In this document: positions 9,041-19,785 of the stretch, piece by piece
Position numbering within the stretch: the stretch's first letter is position 1
How the letters are laid out: every line of letters begins with the position of its first letter
Source of the DNA: Candidatus Entotheonellaceae bacterium
GTDB taxonomy: Bacteria; Tectomicrobia; Entotheonellia; Entotheonellales; Entotheonellaceae
Assembly (NCBI GenBank): GCA_965238075.1
Contig: OZ250173.1
Span: 1,792,001 to 1,856,000 of the forward strand
DNA: 64,000 bases
Direction of reading: 5' to 3'
Position numbers and translations under genes: made by a program
The notes under the pieces: model-generated
Seen by the model: the letters and a program-made list of their open reading frames with translations, nothing else
Database searches by the model: none
Told to the model about the DNA's origin: nothing

Positions 9041-10447
9041 CTATGCAAACTGAAATTCGCGCGTCGCCACGATGAGCTGCAACAGTCGGGCAATCCGCCC
9101 GTCGCTCGCCTGACGCGAGTCGTCCGTATCCAGGACCACGTCGCCGCCGGCCGCCACCGCATTGATCAGCGCCTGACGGGTCGGCTCGGCCACGCTCAGC
9201 GGCCCGACCAGGTCCAGGCAGCCGTCCACGCAGGCCTCGGAAGACAGCGTGCCGCCCATGGCGCTGAGGCGTTCGATGACCCGCTGCACGCCCGGCCGGT
9301 TGACGTCGTTCAACTCGTTCACAGCGAAATTGACCCGCTCGTTCAGGGTGCCGCCGTCGATCCATTCCTTGCCCGTATGCCAGCCTTCCACGGTCGGCGG
9401 ATTCATCAGCGCCTGACCCATGGCCGAGGTCGCCACCGCCAGGTTCAGCAGGCCGGGCTCGGGGAAGCTGTGCGAGCCGGCGAGCTTCACGGCGCTGACC
9501 ACCAGCTCCACGGGGCTCTTCACCTTGCGGAAACGCGCCGCCTTGAACGCCTCCGAGTTGAACAGCACGCGCAGCATGGCGCGCAGGTTACCGCCGGACT
9601 CGAAATACGCCTGCTCCAGCGCCTCGACACACTGCGGATCCTGGGGCGGCACGTTGTTCCACGCCGGCACCTGCGGCTCGTCGGCCACGAAGAAGTTGTA
9701 CAGATGGCGGGAAATGAACCGCACCGCGGCGGGCTGCTTGACGATGATGCGCACGATGTCGTCGCCGTTGAAGTTCCCGGTTTCGCCCAGGAAGGTCTTC
9801 ACGCTGTCGTCGTGGTCGTCCTCGCGGAAAACGAACGATGACGGGTTGCAGCCATTCGGGTACAGCGGAATCGGTTGCGTGGCGGTCCAGCCGGTAAAGG
9901 CCCGCGCCGCGTTCTTGATGTCCTGCTCGGTATAGTTGCCGAGGCCCATGGAAAACAACTCGAGGATCTCGCGCCCGTAGTTCTCATTTGGGGTGTCTTT
10001 GTGATTCTGGGTATTGTCCAGCCAGTCGAGCATGGCGGGGTCGCGGGACAGGTCGAGCAGGATGGTTTCCATGTCGGAGAGGCAGTTTTGGCGGAAGGTG
10101 TCGATCTGCCGCGGGACGCTGGGGGTATGCTCGCTCTTGTGCCAGCCGGTGGCGAAGATGCCGTGCCAGAAGAGGGCCATTTTTTCCTGCAGCGGGCGCT
10201 TCGTATTGATCATGCGATAGAGCCAGCGCCCCTGCCAGAGCACGGGGGAATCGTCCATAACGGTGGCCATGGAGTAGTAGCGGCACAACACGTCTTCCTC
10301 AACGTCGGGCGTCTGCTCCGGGTGCAGCAGCGTTTCCACCACGTCGGCGTAGTCCATGCCGTCATACGCCTCCAACTCGGCGCGTGTGGCGCCGAATCCG
10401 GCGCGCCGCAGCAAGTGTGCCAGGAGTGCGAGTCTGTCGTCAGCCAT
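9041..10447 (-). CDS. DUF1800 family protein
   Basis: HLLRRAGFG, LQEKMALFWH, PNENYGREILELF, AARAFTGW, KVKSPVE; ATG 10447 after an AGGAG SD. Confidence 0.92.
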   Translation of the reverse strand: MADDRLALLAHLLRRAGFGATRAELEAYDGMDYADVVETLLHPEQTPDVEEDVLCRYYSMATVMDDSPVLWQGRWLYRMINTKRPLQEKMALFWHGIFATGWHKSEHTPSVPRQIDTFRQNCLSDMETILLDLSRDPAMLDWLDNTQNHKDTPNENYGREILELFSMGLGNYTEQDIKNAARAFTGWTATQPIPLYPNGCNPSSFVFREDDHDDSVKTFLGETGNFNGDDIVRIIVKQPAAVRFISRHLYNFFVADEPQVPAWNNVPPQDPQCVEALEQAYFESGGNLRAMLRVLFNSEAFKAARFRKVKSPVELVVSAVKLAGSHSFPEPGLLNLAVATSAMGQALMNPPTVEGWHTGKEWIDGGTLNERVNFAVNELNDVNRPGVQRVIERLSAMGGTLSSEACVDGCLDLVGPLSVAEPTRQALINAVAAGGDVVLDTDDSRQASDGRIARLLQLIVATREFQFA

Positions 10448-10701
10448 GCCTATCTCCTTACTGTCAAGGCTCGCCCGGCGCCGGGTGATATTCGGATGCG
10501 CGGAACGGGCGAGGCGCCTTGGCGTTTGCGGGGGGTAGTTGAATCCGCCAAGTATAGCGGTAGCCCGCTGCCATGTACAGACGGCGGCGTGCTTCCATTC
10601 CGCCCCCGACTTTGGTACAACATAGCGCTTTGACGTGGCGCCGTGCCGAGCGTGCGCCAAGATGCGCGAGGCGCCATCTCAACCACCTGGAGGAAGTAAG
10701 T

Positions 10702-11871
10702 ATGCAAGTGGCGGAGCGTATGTCCCGCTTGGGCACGGAAACGGCGTTCGAGGTGCTGGTGAAGGCCCGTGCCCTGGAAGCGCAAGGCCGTGACGTGGTG
10801 CACCTGGAGATCGGCGAGCCCGATTTCGACACCCCGCCGCACGTCATCGCGGCGGGCAAGCAGGCCCTCGATGAAGGATATACGCACTACGGGCCGTCCG
10901 CCGGCCTGCCGGAACTCCGCGAGGCGATTGCCGCCGACGTGGCCCACAGCCGCGGCATCGACGTGCGCATGTCGCAGGTGGTGGTGACGCCCGGCGCCAA
11001 GCCGATCATGTTCTTTGTCATCATGGCCCTGGCGCAGGCCGGCGACGAAGTGATCTACCCCGACCCCGGCTTTCCGATCTACGAGTCGGTGATTCGCTTC
11101 GTCGGCGCCACGCCGGTGCCCGTGCCGCTGCGCGAGGCGCGCGGCTTCAGCCTCGACGTGGACGAACTCAAAAGCCTCGTATCACCCCGCACGCGGCTGA
11201 TCATCATCAATTCCCCGCACAATCCCACCGGCGGCATGCTGCCGGAAGCGGACCTGCGCGCCATCGCCGACGTCGCCATGCAGCACGGCATCCCGGTTCT
11301 AACCGACGAGATTTACTCCCAAATGCTGTATGAGGGCACCTTCCACAGCATTTCCACCTACGACGGCATGGCGGACCTGGCGATCATCCTGGACGGCTTC
11401 TCGAAAACCTACGCCATGACGGGCTGGCGGCTCGGCTACGGCGTCATGCCCGAGCCGCTGGCGGACCACGTGACGCGCCTGATGACCAACTGCAATTCCT
11501 GCACCGCGTCGTTCACGCAGCGCGCCGGCCTGGCCGCCCTGCAGGGGCCGCAGGACGCCGTGGGCGAGATGATGTCCGAGTTCCGGCGCCGCCGAGACCT
11601 GTTCGTGGCCGGGCTGAACGCCATCGACGGCATCAGCTGTGTGGTGCCGGGCGGCGCCTTCTATGCCTTTCCGAACATCACCGGGCTCGGCCGCACGTCG
11701 AAGGAAGTGGCGGATTGCCTGCTGCAAGAAGGCGGCGTGGCGGCCCTGGCGGGCGATGACTTTGGCCCCAACGGCGCCGGCTACGTGCGCTTCTCGTACG
11801 CCAATTCGCTCGACAACCTGAAGAAGGCGCTCGAACGCGTCGCCGATTGCGCAGCCAAGCTGCGGGGCTGA
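10702..11871 (+). CDS. PLP-dependent class I/II aminotransferase (aspartate aminotransferase-like)
   Basis: IGEPDFDTP, NSPHNPTG, DEIY, GFSKTYAMTGWRLG; SD GGAGG. Confidence 0.95.
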   Translation: MQVAERMSRLGTETAFEVLVKARALEAQGRDVVHLEIGEPDFDTPPHVIAAGKQALDEGYTHYGPSAGLPELREAIAADVAHSRGIDVRMSQVVVTPGAKPIMFFVIMALAQAGDEVIYPDPGFPIYESVIRFVGATPVPVPLREARGFSLDVDELKSLVSPRTRLIIINSPHNPTGGMLPEADLRAIADVAMQHGIPVLTDEIYSQMLYEGTFHSISTYDGMADLAIILDGFSKTYAMTGWRLGYGVMPEPLADHVTRLMTNCNSCTASFTQRAGLAALQGPQDAVGEMMSEFRRRRDLFVAGLNAIDGISCVVPGGAFYAFPNITGLGRTSKEVADCLLQEGGVAALAGDDFGPNGAGYVRFSYANSLDNLKKALERVADCAAKLRG

Positions 11872-11887
11872 GGCGTGGTGGCGCCTG

Positions 11888-12123
11888 CTGGAGCATTTCG
11901 GTCTCTGAAGGCATCAGACCATACCATGATGATGAACCGTCCAATGCCCCAAAGCGTCATTCCGGGCTTGACCCGGAATCCAGCGACCCTGGACCGACTT
12001 CGGGGCAGGCCCTTATCCCAGATGAACCTCCTGGACTCCGGCCCCGTATCAAGTACGGGGCAAGCTTTTCGCCGGAGTGACGCGGCCTCAATCTTGAGCC
12101 GTCATGATCCGAAGGCACTCTAG
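11888..12123. mobile_element. MITE-like shell enclosing a GTCATTCC-type palindromic element (11955-12082)
   Basis: Left end CTGGAGCATTTCGG; right end (rc) CTAGAGTGCCTTCGGATCATGACG; interior CGTCATTCCGGGCTTGACCCGGAATCCAG...CTGGACTCCGG...CCGGAGTGACG. Confidence 0.6.
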
Positions 12124-12934
12124 TCGGCCAACCGGCGGTAGGTGGCTGTTCTCCCTCCTGGTCCTATACGCCTGCCTGAGTTTGCTCGCCTGTTCCGATT
12201 CCCCGACCGGAAGTGACTCACCCGTTCTACCACCGCAGGCACCCGTCTATGGCTACACAGTCGTGCGCACCTATCCGCATGACCGTTCGGCGTTCACCCA
12301 GGGCTTGACGTTCGACGATCAGGGCGTGCTTTACGAGGGTACGGGACAGCGCGGCAACTCCTCGCTGCGCCGGGTGGAATTAAGCAGTGGAGCGATTCTG
12401 CAACGCCACGACCTGCCGCCCTCGTTATTCGGTGAGGGCATCACCGTTTTTGGCGACCGCATTATTCAGCTTACTTGGCAGGCCGGCCGCGCCTTCGTCT
12501 ACGACAAAGCCAGTTTCGCCCTTCTGCGGGAGTTCACCTACCGCACCGAAGGCTGGGGGCTGACGCACGACGGCCGCCGCTTCATCATGAGCAATGGCAC
12601 CGCCACCCTGTACTTCCTGCACCCTGACACGTTTGCCGAAACGGCCCGCCTGACCGTCCGCGACCACCGCGGCCCGGTAATTCGCCTGAACGAGCTGGAA
12701 TACGTTCGCGGGGAGATCCTGGCCAACATCTGGCAGACCGACCGAATTGCCCGCATTAACCCCCGCACGGGCCACGTAACCGGTTGGATCGATCTCACCG
12801 GCCTCCTTCAACCTGGTGACCGCCGTCAACCCGTCGACGTCCTCAACGGCATCGCCTACGACGCCCGCACTGACCGCCTCTTCGTCACCGGAAAATGGTG
12901 GCCCAAGCTCTTCCAGATCACCCTGACCCGGTAG
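12104..12934 (+). CDS. Glutaminyl-peptide cyclotransferase, probable lipoprotein
   Basis: YPHDRSAFTQGL, FGEGIT, EGWGLT, LNELEY, DVLNGIAYD, VTGKWWP; lipobox LLAC. Confidence 0.93.
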   Translation: MIRRHSSRPTGGRWLFSLLVLYACLSLLACSDSPTGSDSPVLPPQAPVYGYTVVRTYPHDRSAFTQGLTFDDQGVLYEGTGQRGNSSLRRVELSSGAILQRHDLPPSLFGEGITVFGDRIIQLTWQAGRAFVYDKASFALLREFTYRTEGWGLTHDGRRFIMSNGTATLYFLHPDTFAETARLTVRDHRGPVIRLNELEYVRGEILANIWQTDRIARINPRTGHVTGWIDLTGLLQPGDRRQPVDVLNGIAYDARTDRLFVTGKWWPKLFQITLTR

Positions 12935-13045
12935 GGCCGTATCGTGGACTTGAAAACGCTGACGGCGTAGCATGACGCCCGCGTATCCGGCAACCCACGA
13001 TTTTGGCTGACGCGGGGCAACAACCCCGTTACGAAAGGGAGCGAC

Positions 13046-14278
13046 ATGGCTGACCTGAGGATTAACGGCGCCCGCTTGTGGGAGTCGCTGATGACCCTGG
13101 CGCGCATCGGTGAAACGCCGCGCGGCGGCGTCTGCCGCGTGGCCCTGAGCGACGTGGACCGCGAGGGCCGCGACCTGTTCGTGCGCTGGGCGCAGGAGGC
13201 CGGCTGCACGGTCGAGATCGATCAAATGGGCAACATCTTCGCGCGCCGCGCCGGTGCCGATCCGACCCTGGCGCCCGTGATGACCGGCAGCCATCTCGAT
13301 ACCCAGCCCACCGGCGGCAAGTTTGACGGCGCCTATGGGGTGCTCGCCGGCCTGGAGGTCCTCCGCACCCTCAACGACGCCAACCACACCACGCGGCGCC
13401 CCGTGGAGGTGGTGGCGTGGACGAACGAGGAGGGTTGCCGCTTCGCCCCCGCCATGCTGGCCTCAGGCGTGTTTGGCGGCGAGTTCAGCCTCGAATACGG
13501 CCTGACGCGGGCCGACCACGACGGCGTCACCGTGGCCCAGGAGCTGGACCGCATCGGCTACGCCGGCTCGCGGCCCTGCGGCGGCCAGCCGGTGCACACC
13601 TTCTTCGAGGCGCATATCGAGCAGGGGCCGCTGCTGGAAGCGAACGAGTGCGTCATCGGCGTGGTGCAGGGGCTGCAAGGGCAGCGCTGGTTCGACTGCG
13701 CCATCGAAGGCATGGAATCGCACGCCGGCACGACCCCCATGCCGCGGCGGCGCGACGCGCTGTGCGGCGCCGCCCGGATCGTTACCGCCGTGCAGCAAGC
13801 CGCCCTGGCGCAGGCGCCGCATGGCGTCGGCACGGTCGGCGATCTGCGGGTGCACCCCAACTCGCGCAACGTCATTCCCGGACGGGTAGATTTCACGGTT
13901 GATCTGCGGCACCCTGACGATGCGGCCCTGGCAGCCATGGCGAGCGCCCTGCGGGAAGCCGTGGCGGGAGTCGAGACGGCCACGGGGCTGACCGCCTCGC
14001 TCGACGAAATCTGGTACGCGCCGCCGACGTCTTTTGACCCCGGCAGCGTCGCCGCCGTGCGCCGCGCCGCCCAAAACCTGGAATTGCCGCACATGGACGT
14101 GATCAGCGGCGCCGGTCACGACGCCAAGTACGTGGCAAAGCTGTGCCCGGCGGCGATGATTTTCATCCCCTGCAAGGACGGCATCAGCCACAACGAGATT
14201 GAAGACGCGACACCGGAACATACCGCTGCCGGTTGCGACGCGTTGTTGCACGCCATTCTGGAGACGGACGGCGCGTGA
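13046..14278 (+). CDS. M20 Zn-dependent amidohydrolase (N-carbamoyl-amino acid hydrolase/beta-ureidopropionase family)
   Basis: GSHLDTQPTGGKFDG, NEEG, EAHIEQG, HAGTTPM, SGAGHDA. Confidence 0.93.
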   Translation: MADLRINGARLWESLMTLARIGETPRGGVCRVALSDVDREGRDLFVRWAQEAGCTVEIDQMGNIFARRAGADPTLAPVMTGSHLDTQPTGGKFDGAYGVLAGLEVLRTLNDANHTTRRPVEVVAWTNEEGCRFAPAMLASGVFGGEFSLEYGLTRADHDGVTVAQELDRIGYAGSRPCGGQPVHTFFEAHIEQGPLLEANECVIGVVQGLQGQRWFDCAIEGMESHAGTTPMPRRRDALCGAARIVTAVQQAALAQAPHGVGTVGDLRVHPNSRNVIPGRVDFTVDLRHPDDAALAAMASALREAVAGVETATGLTASLDEIWYAPPTSFDPGSVAAVRRAAQNLELPHMDVISGAGHDAKYVAKLCPAAMIFIPCKDGISHNEIEDATPEHTAAGCDALLHAILETDGA

Positions 14279-14342
14279 CGGATCAGGAAGGTGGATGCTG
14301 CCCGACAGCAGGCGTTGGGCCGTGCCGTCGGGCGTCCGGGGA

Positions 14343-15515
14343 TCAGACCGCAACGGTCACTGACTTGAAGGCCGGCATGACCGCCTCGGCGAAGCAGGCG
14401 AGTTGGTCCTGGAATTGGGCGTTCGACAGGCCCATGGGAAAGCCGATGAGGATGTGTTCCAGGCCGGGATAGCGCTCTTGCAGTTCCTGCAGGTAGGCGA
14501 CCATGTCCGGCGGTGTTCCCGCGAACCAGGCGCGGTTGTTGATAACATCTTCGAAGTTGCTGCCCGCCGCGATGTGGGTGGCTACGCCGGCCGGGCCCGT
14601 GGCCTTCATCTGCTTCTCGTTGTAGCGCAGCATGCCGAGCGGCGCGGCAAACTTGACGTGCTCCTCGAAGATCGGCTCCAGCGTCCGCTTGGCGCTCTCG
14701 GCGCTCGAATCGAGATAGCACCACAGACCCAGCGCCAGATTCTCACCCAGCGCCAAATCCCGTCCGTGGCGGGCGTTGACTTCCTGAAAACGCTGCATCC
14801 AGCCCTCGATATACTCGGCCGCCGTTCCCAGAATCACTCCCTTGATGCCGTGCTTGGCCATGAAATTGAGGCCGCGCTCGGAGCCGCTGACCATCGGCTG
14901 CCACGTCTCAACCGGCAGATTGAAGGGGCGCGGCACCAGGGTGATGTCCTGCAGTTGGTAGCCGCGGTACGGCACCTCGGGCGGCAGGGTGTAGTGCTTG
15001 CCGCGGTGCGAAAACGACGGCTCGTTGAACGCCTTCATGATGATCTCGAACTGCTCCTCGAACAGCTCGCGATTGGCGTCGGCATCGAGCATCGGGGCGC
15101 CGAAGGCTTCCACCTCACGGGTATGGTAGCCCCGTCCCACCCCGAAGATCACCCGGCCGCCCGTCAAGATATCGGCCATGGCGAAATCCTCGGCCAGCCG
15201 GATGGGGTGCCACATCGGCAGGATGTTGAAGCCGCAGCCGAACTTCAGGCGCTGGGTGAACTGCGACAGCCACACGCTCAGCATCAGCAGGTTCGGGATC
15301 GTTTCGTACCCCTCACGCTGGAAGTGATGCTCGGCCATCCACAGCGTGTCGTAGCCCAGGTCTTCCATGCGCGAGGCCAGGTCCTTGGCGATGCTGAATG
15401 ACAGGGCCAGCCGCTCATTGTCCCACGTGCGGTCGTCGTGCGGCGTGCCGTTGAAGCCGATGTTCTCTCCCTCCAAGACGTGCCCGGCGTAGAGCACCGA
15501 GAAATTGCCAAGCAT
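14343..15515 (-). CDS. LLM-class (luciferase-like) flavin-dependent oxidoreductase
   Basis: LWMAEHHF, WHPIRLAED, GRVIFGVGRG. Confidence 0.92.
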   Translation of the reverse strand: MLGNFSVLYAGHVLEGENIGFNGTPHDDRTWDNERLALSFSIAKDLASRMEDLGYDTLWMAEHHFQREGYETIPNLLMLSVWLSQFTQRLKFGCGFNILPMWHPIRLAEDFAMADILTGGRVIFGVGRGYHTREVEAFGAPMLDADANRELFEEQFEIIMKAFNEPSFSHRGKHYTLPPEVPYRGYQLQDITLVPRPFNLPVETWQPMVSGSERGLNFMAKHGIKGVILGTAAEYIEGWMQRFQEVNARHGRDLALGENLALGLWCYLDSSAESAKRTLEPIFEEHVKFAAPLGMLRYNEKQMKATGPAGVATHIAAGSNFEDVINNRAWFAGTPPDMVAYLQELQERYPGLEHILIGFPMGLSNAQFQDQLACFAEAVMPAFKSVTVAV

Positions 15516-15629
15516 GCTTCTGCCTCCTCTGGTCTTGCCGCGGCAAGGCGGCCGCGGCCGGTTCGGTAGCGTTGCGTAAAGGCCGTATCATAGCATCAAA
15601 TCGGGCGCGCCAAGCGATGGCGGTTCGGC

Positions 15630-17192
15630 TCACTGCCGCCGCGCAAACCTTTCCCTCAGGATACCGGCGATGTCCCGCGCCGGAGGCAGCGGCATACACC
15701 AAGTGACGCCCCCATACGCCAGGCCCGCCGCCAGCATGGGCACGAACACCGCGCCGAGGCGGACGCCGATGGAACCGGCGCCAAGCCGCAACTCCCACCA
15801 CGTCAGAACACCCCAGGCCACCGCGCCGGAGACAGCCGCAGCCAGAGCGATCCAGCCGCTTTCACGCCGCAGACGGCGCAGGTCGAGGCCGTTCACGTGG
15901 CGGCGCAAGGCGCGCACCAGCAGCGCAACCTGGCACATGGCGCTGAGGGTGTTGGCAGTCGCCAAACCGGCTTGTTCAAAGGGAAAGATGAGGATCAGGG
16001 CGAGCACCAGGTTCAGACCCAGGCATAGAATGCTGAGACGCACCGGAACCTTGACCTCGCCGAGAGCGTAGAAGGCGCGCGTCAGGCTGCCCACGCACGA
16101 AAAGGCGATCAGGCCGGGGGCGAGGCAGGCCAGCGGCAGGGCCGTGCGCTGCGTCGCCAGGGGGTCGAAGGCGCCGCGCTCCAGGATGAGGCGCACGATC
16201 GGCACGGCCAGCACGAAGGCCATGGTGGCGGCAAAGGCGTTGATGTAAACAAGATACCCCAGCCCCTGGCTCAGGGTGACTTTGAAGTCGTCAAAGCGCT
16301 TTTCCGCCGCCAAGCCCGACAGGGTCGGCAGCAGGAAGGTGAACAGAGAGACGCCGACCACGCCCTGCGGGAACTCCATCAGGCGCACGGCGTAGTTGAA
16401 CGAGGCGATGATTTCGGGGTTGATCAGAAACGCGGCGCCCTGCGTCACCAGCATGTTGAGCTGGAACGCCGCCACCCCCACGGTGCCCGGAATCATTTTG
16501 CGCGCCACCGTTCGCACCGAGTCGTGGCGCCAGGGCGTCACCCAGCGGTAGCGGAAGCCCGTGCGGTACAGGGTCGGGAGCTGGTAGGCGGCCTGCGCGA
16601 CGCCGGCGACCAGAACGCCATAGGCCAGGGCGAAAATCTGCCGTTCAAGGCCGCCCGCCATGCGTCGCGCGAACACCAGCACCGCGATGATCATCACCAC
16701 GTTCAGCAGCGCGGCGCCCAGGGCGGGGATGAAGAAAAAGCCCCGCGCGTTGAGCATGCCCATGAAAATCGCCGCCAGGCACACCCAACCCATGTACGGG
16801 AACATGACGGCGAGCAATTGCAGCATGAGCCGCACATCGCCCTGCGGGTTGGCCCACGCCAAATAGCCGCTGACGCCGAACAGGACCGCGGCAATCACCG
16901 CCAGCGCGGTCACCAGGAAGCCGGAGATCACCGCGTTGGCCATCTGCCACATGGCGGCGTCGCCCGCCGCCACCTCTTTTTCCTTCAGGAGGGGCAGGAA
17001 GACCGCGGTCAGCGCCCCCTCGCCGAGCAGGCGGCGAAAGAGATTGGGAATCATGAAGGCGAGGTCGAACGCGCCCTTGACCGGCCCGGCGCCCAGGAAA
17101 TGCGCGTAGACCATCTCCCTGAGCAACCCCAGCACCCGGCTGGCCACCGTCGCGGCCGCCATGGCGGCGCTGGATTTCAGCATCTGTGACAT
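15630..17192 (-). CDS. murJ: Lipid II flippase MurJ (MviN)
   Basis: SRVLGLLRE, AFMIPNLFRRLLGEGAL, RLMEFPQGV, many TM helices. Confidence 0.95.
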   Translation of the reverse strand: MSQMLKSSAAMAAATVASRVLGLLREMVYAHFLGAGPVKGAFDLAFMIPNLFRRLLGEGALTAVFLPLLKEKEVAAGDAAMWQMANAVISGFLVTALAVIAAVLFGVSGYLAWANPQGDVRLMLQLLAVMFPYMGWVCLAAIFMGMLNARGFFFIPALGAALLNVVMIIAVLVFARRMAGGLERQIFALAYGVLVAGVAQAAYQLPTLYRTGFRYRWVTPWRHDSVRTVARKMIPGTVGVAAFQLNMLVTQGAAFLINPEIIASFNYAVRLMEFPQGVVGVSLFTFLLPTLSGLAAEKRFDDFKVTLSQGLGYLVYINAFAATMAFVLAVPIVRLILERGAFDPLATQRTALPLACLAPGLIAFSCVGSLTRAFYALGEVKVPVRLSILCLGLNLVLALILIFPFEQAGLATANTLSAMCQVALLVRALRRHVNGLDLRRLRRESGWIALAAAVSGAVAWGVLTWWELRLGAGSIGVRLGAVFVPMLAAGLAYGGVTWCMPLPPARDIAGILRERFARRQ

Positions 17193-17217
17193 GCGGCAAC
17201 CTTGCTTCGCATTGACC
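17154..17217 (-). repeat. murJ 5' end, copy A (in use)
   Basis: Imperfect direct repeat of 18217-18281. Confidence 0.9.
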
Positions 17218-17362
17218 GCTGTAAGCACGTCGTGCTACACGTTGGCAGGCAGCAACAGACGGTGCCTTGCAGGGAAATGACTACCGACAGACTGACGCAT
17301 GGTAGCAAAGCCCGGCGCCCGGACACAGGGCGAGCCGGGCAAGTCGGGAAAAGGGCGAAGCG

Positions 17363-17653
17363 ATGAATAAAGAGCAGGCATTAACACTGCTGCGAGATCA
17401 CAAAGCGGTCCTGGTGCAACGTTTCGGTGTTGTCGATATCGCGCTTTTCGGATCAACCGCTCGCGATGAGGCCACATCTGGCAGCGACATGGACATTCTG
17501 ATCCGTTTTGACGGGCCGGCTACGTCCAAGCGCTACTTCGGGGTGCAATTCTACCTGGAAGACCTGCCGGGTCTCCCCGTTGATCTAATCACTGACAAAG
17601 CACTGCGCCCGGAACTTCGCCCGTACGTCGAGCGAGAGGCCATTCATGTCTGA
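17363..17653 (+). CDS. Minimal nucleotidyltransferase (MNT) antitoxin
   Basis: 96 aa; LFGSTARDEA.SGSDMDIL, PVDLIT. Confidence 0.92.
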   Translation: MNKEQALTLLRDHKAVLVQRFGVVDIALFGSTARDEATSGSDMDILIRFDGPATSKRYFGVQFYLEDLPGLPVDLITDKALRPELRPYVEREAIHV

Positions 17654-17734
17654 TGCCGGTCAAGAGCCGCGGGAATGGCGTTTCTACGTGAATGACATGA
17701 TCAAATTCGCCGAGAAAGTCCAACTCTTTACCGG
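17646..17734 (+). pseudogene. 5' remnant of a HEPN/DUF86 toxin
   Basis: Overlaps the MNT stop; REWRFYVNDMIKFAEKV is DUF86-like, then joins an unrelated Res fragment. Confidence 0.75.
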
Positions 17735-18191
17735 TTCCGCGGCCAGGAAGCGTGACGCACCGAGTTCACCGTTACGAGAGATACCGGGAATTCCCAATGG
17801 CCACTCGCCTTTGCCGAAGACGACCTCGGCATCGGTAACCGGCTTACCCTGCTTGATACGGAAATCCTCGACAACCTGAAGGCTACCCAACTCCGCAACG
17901 GCTTACCTCCCTCCGACGCCCTGGATTCCGGCGATTTCACCGTGTAGATGGAGACCGGGACCGGCAAGACCAACGTGTACCTACGCACCATTCTTGAGCT
18001 GAACAAACGCTACGGCTTCACCAAATCTTGATCGTCGTGCCGTCCGTCGCCATCAGTCCGCAGCTTCAGATCATGTTGGCAACAGTCGGCACTATCAGCG
18101 GCAAGGCGCACTTCGGCGCCCTCAGCGTAGGGGAGTCGCCAGCCCCAGGTACGAGGTGGCGACCGGCGTTGAAGAACTCTGGCGGGTATAG
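17735..18191 (+). pseudogene. Collapsed type III restriction enzyme Res subunit
   Basis: FRGQEA*RTEFTV...LGIGNRL...DFTV*METGTGKTNVYLRTILELNKRYGFTK/LIVVPSVAI, then SPQLQIMLATVG, then C-terminal-like GKAHFGAL.../RYEVA...*. Confidence 0.85.
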
Positions 18192-18216
18192 GTGCGGGAT
18201 GATCGATACAGGGATG

Positions 18217-18281
18217 GGCTGCCATGGCCGCGCTGGATTTCAGCATCTGCGACACGAGGCAACCCTGCCTTCACATGGACC
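18217..18281 (-). repeat. murJ 5' end, copy B (orphan)
   Basis: Encodes MSQMLKSSAAMAA from GTG at 18255, identical in amino acids to copy A. Confidence 0.9.
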
Positions 18282-18297
18282 AACGAATTTCCGGACC

Positions 18298-19542
<1,245 letters not shown>

Positions 19543-19785
19543 ATTGATCCTTCTTTAACAGGGATGGACCTGAGTCCATCATGAATTCGGCACCTCTATG
19601 ATTTGCCGATTTTCCGGTTTTTGTACACAGGTAACCGGCAACCTGGCAGGCTTCCATACCAAATGAAAGCCGATTTTCGTGCGGGGGGCTTGGACGAAGG
19701 CGACCCCTTCCCCGTGGAGAGGGAGGGGCTGACTCGGCCGAAGCGCGGAGAGCGGCCCCGGCCGAAGCCAATCCAGGCGGGTGGG

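Noticed and set aside
7994-9841. 615-aa plus-strand ORF
   Set aside because: Antisense shadow of DUF1501/DUF1800; no motifs; expected in high-GC DNA.
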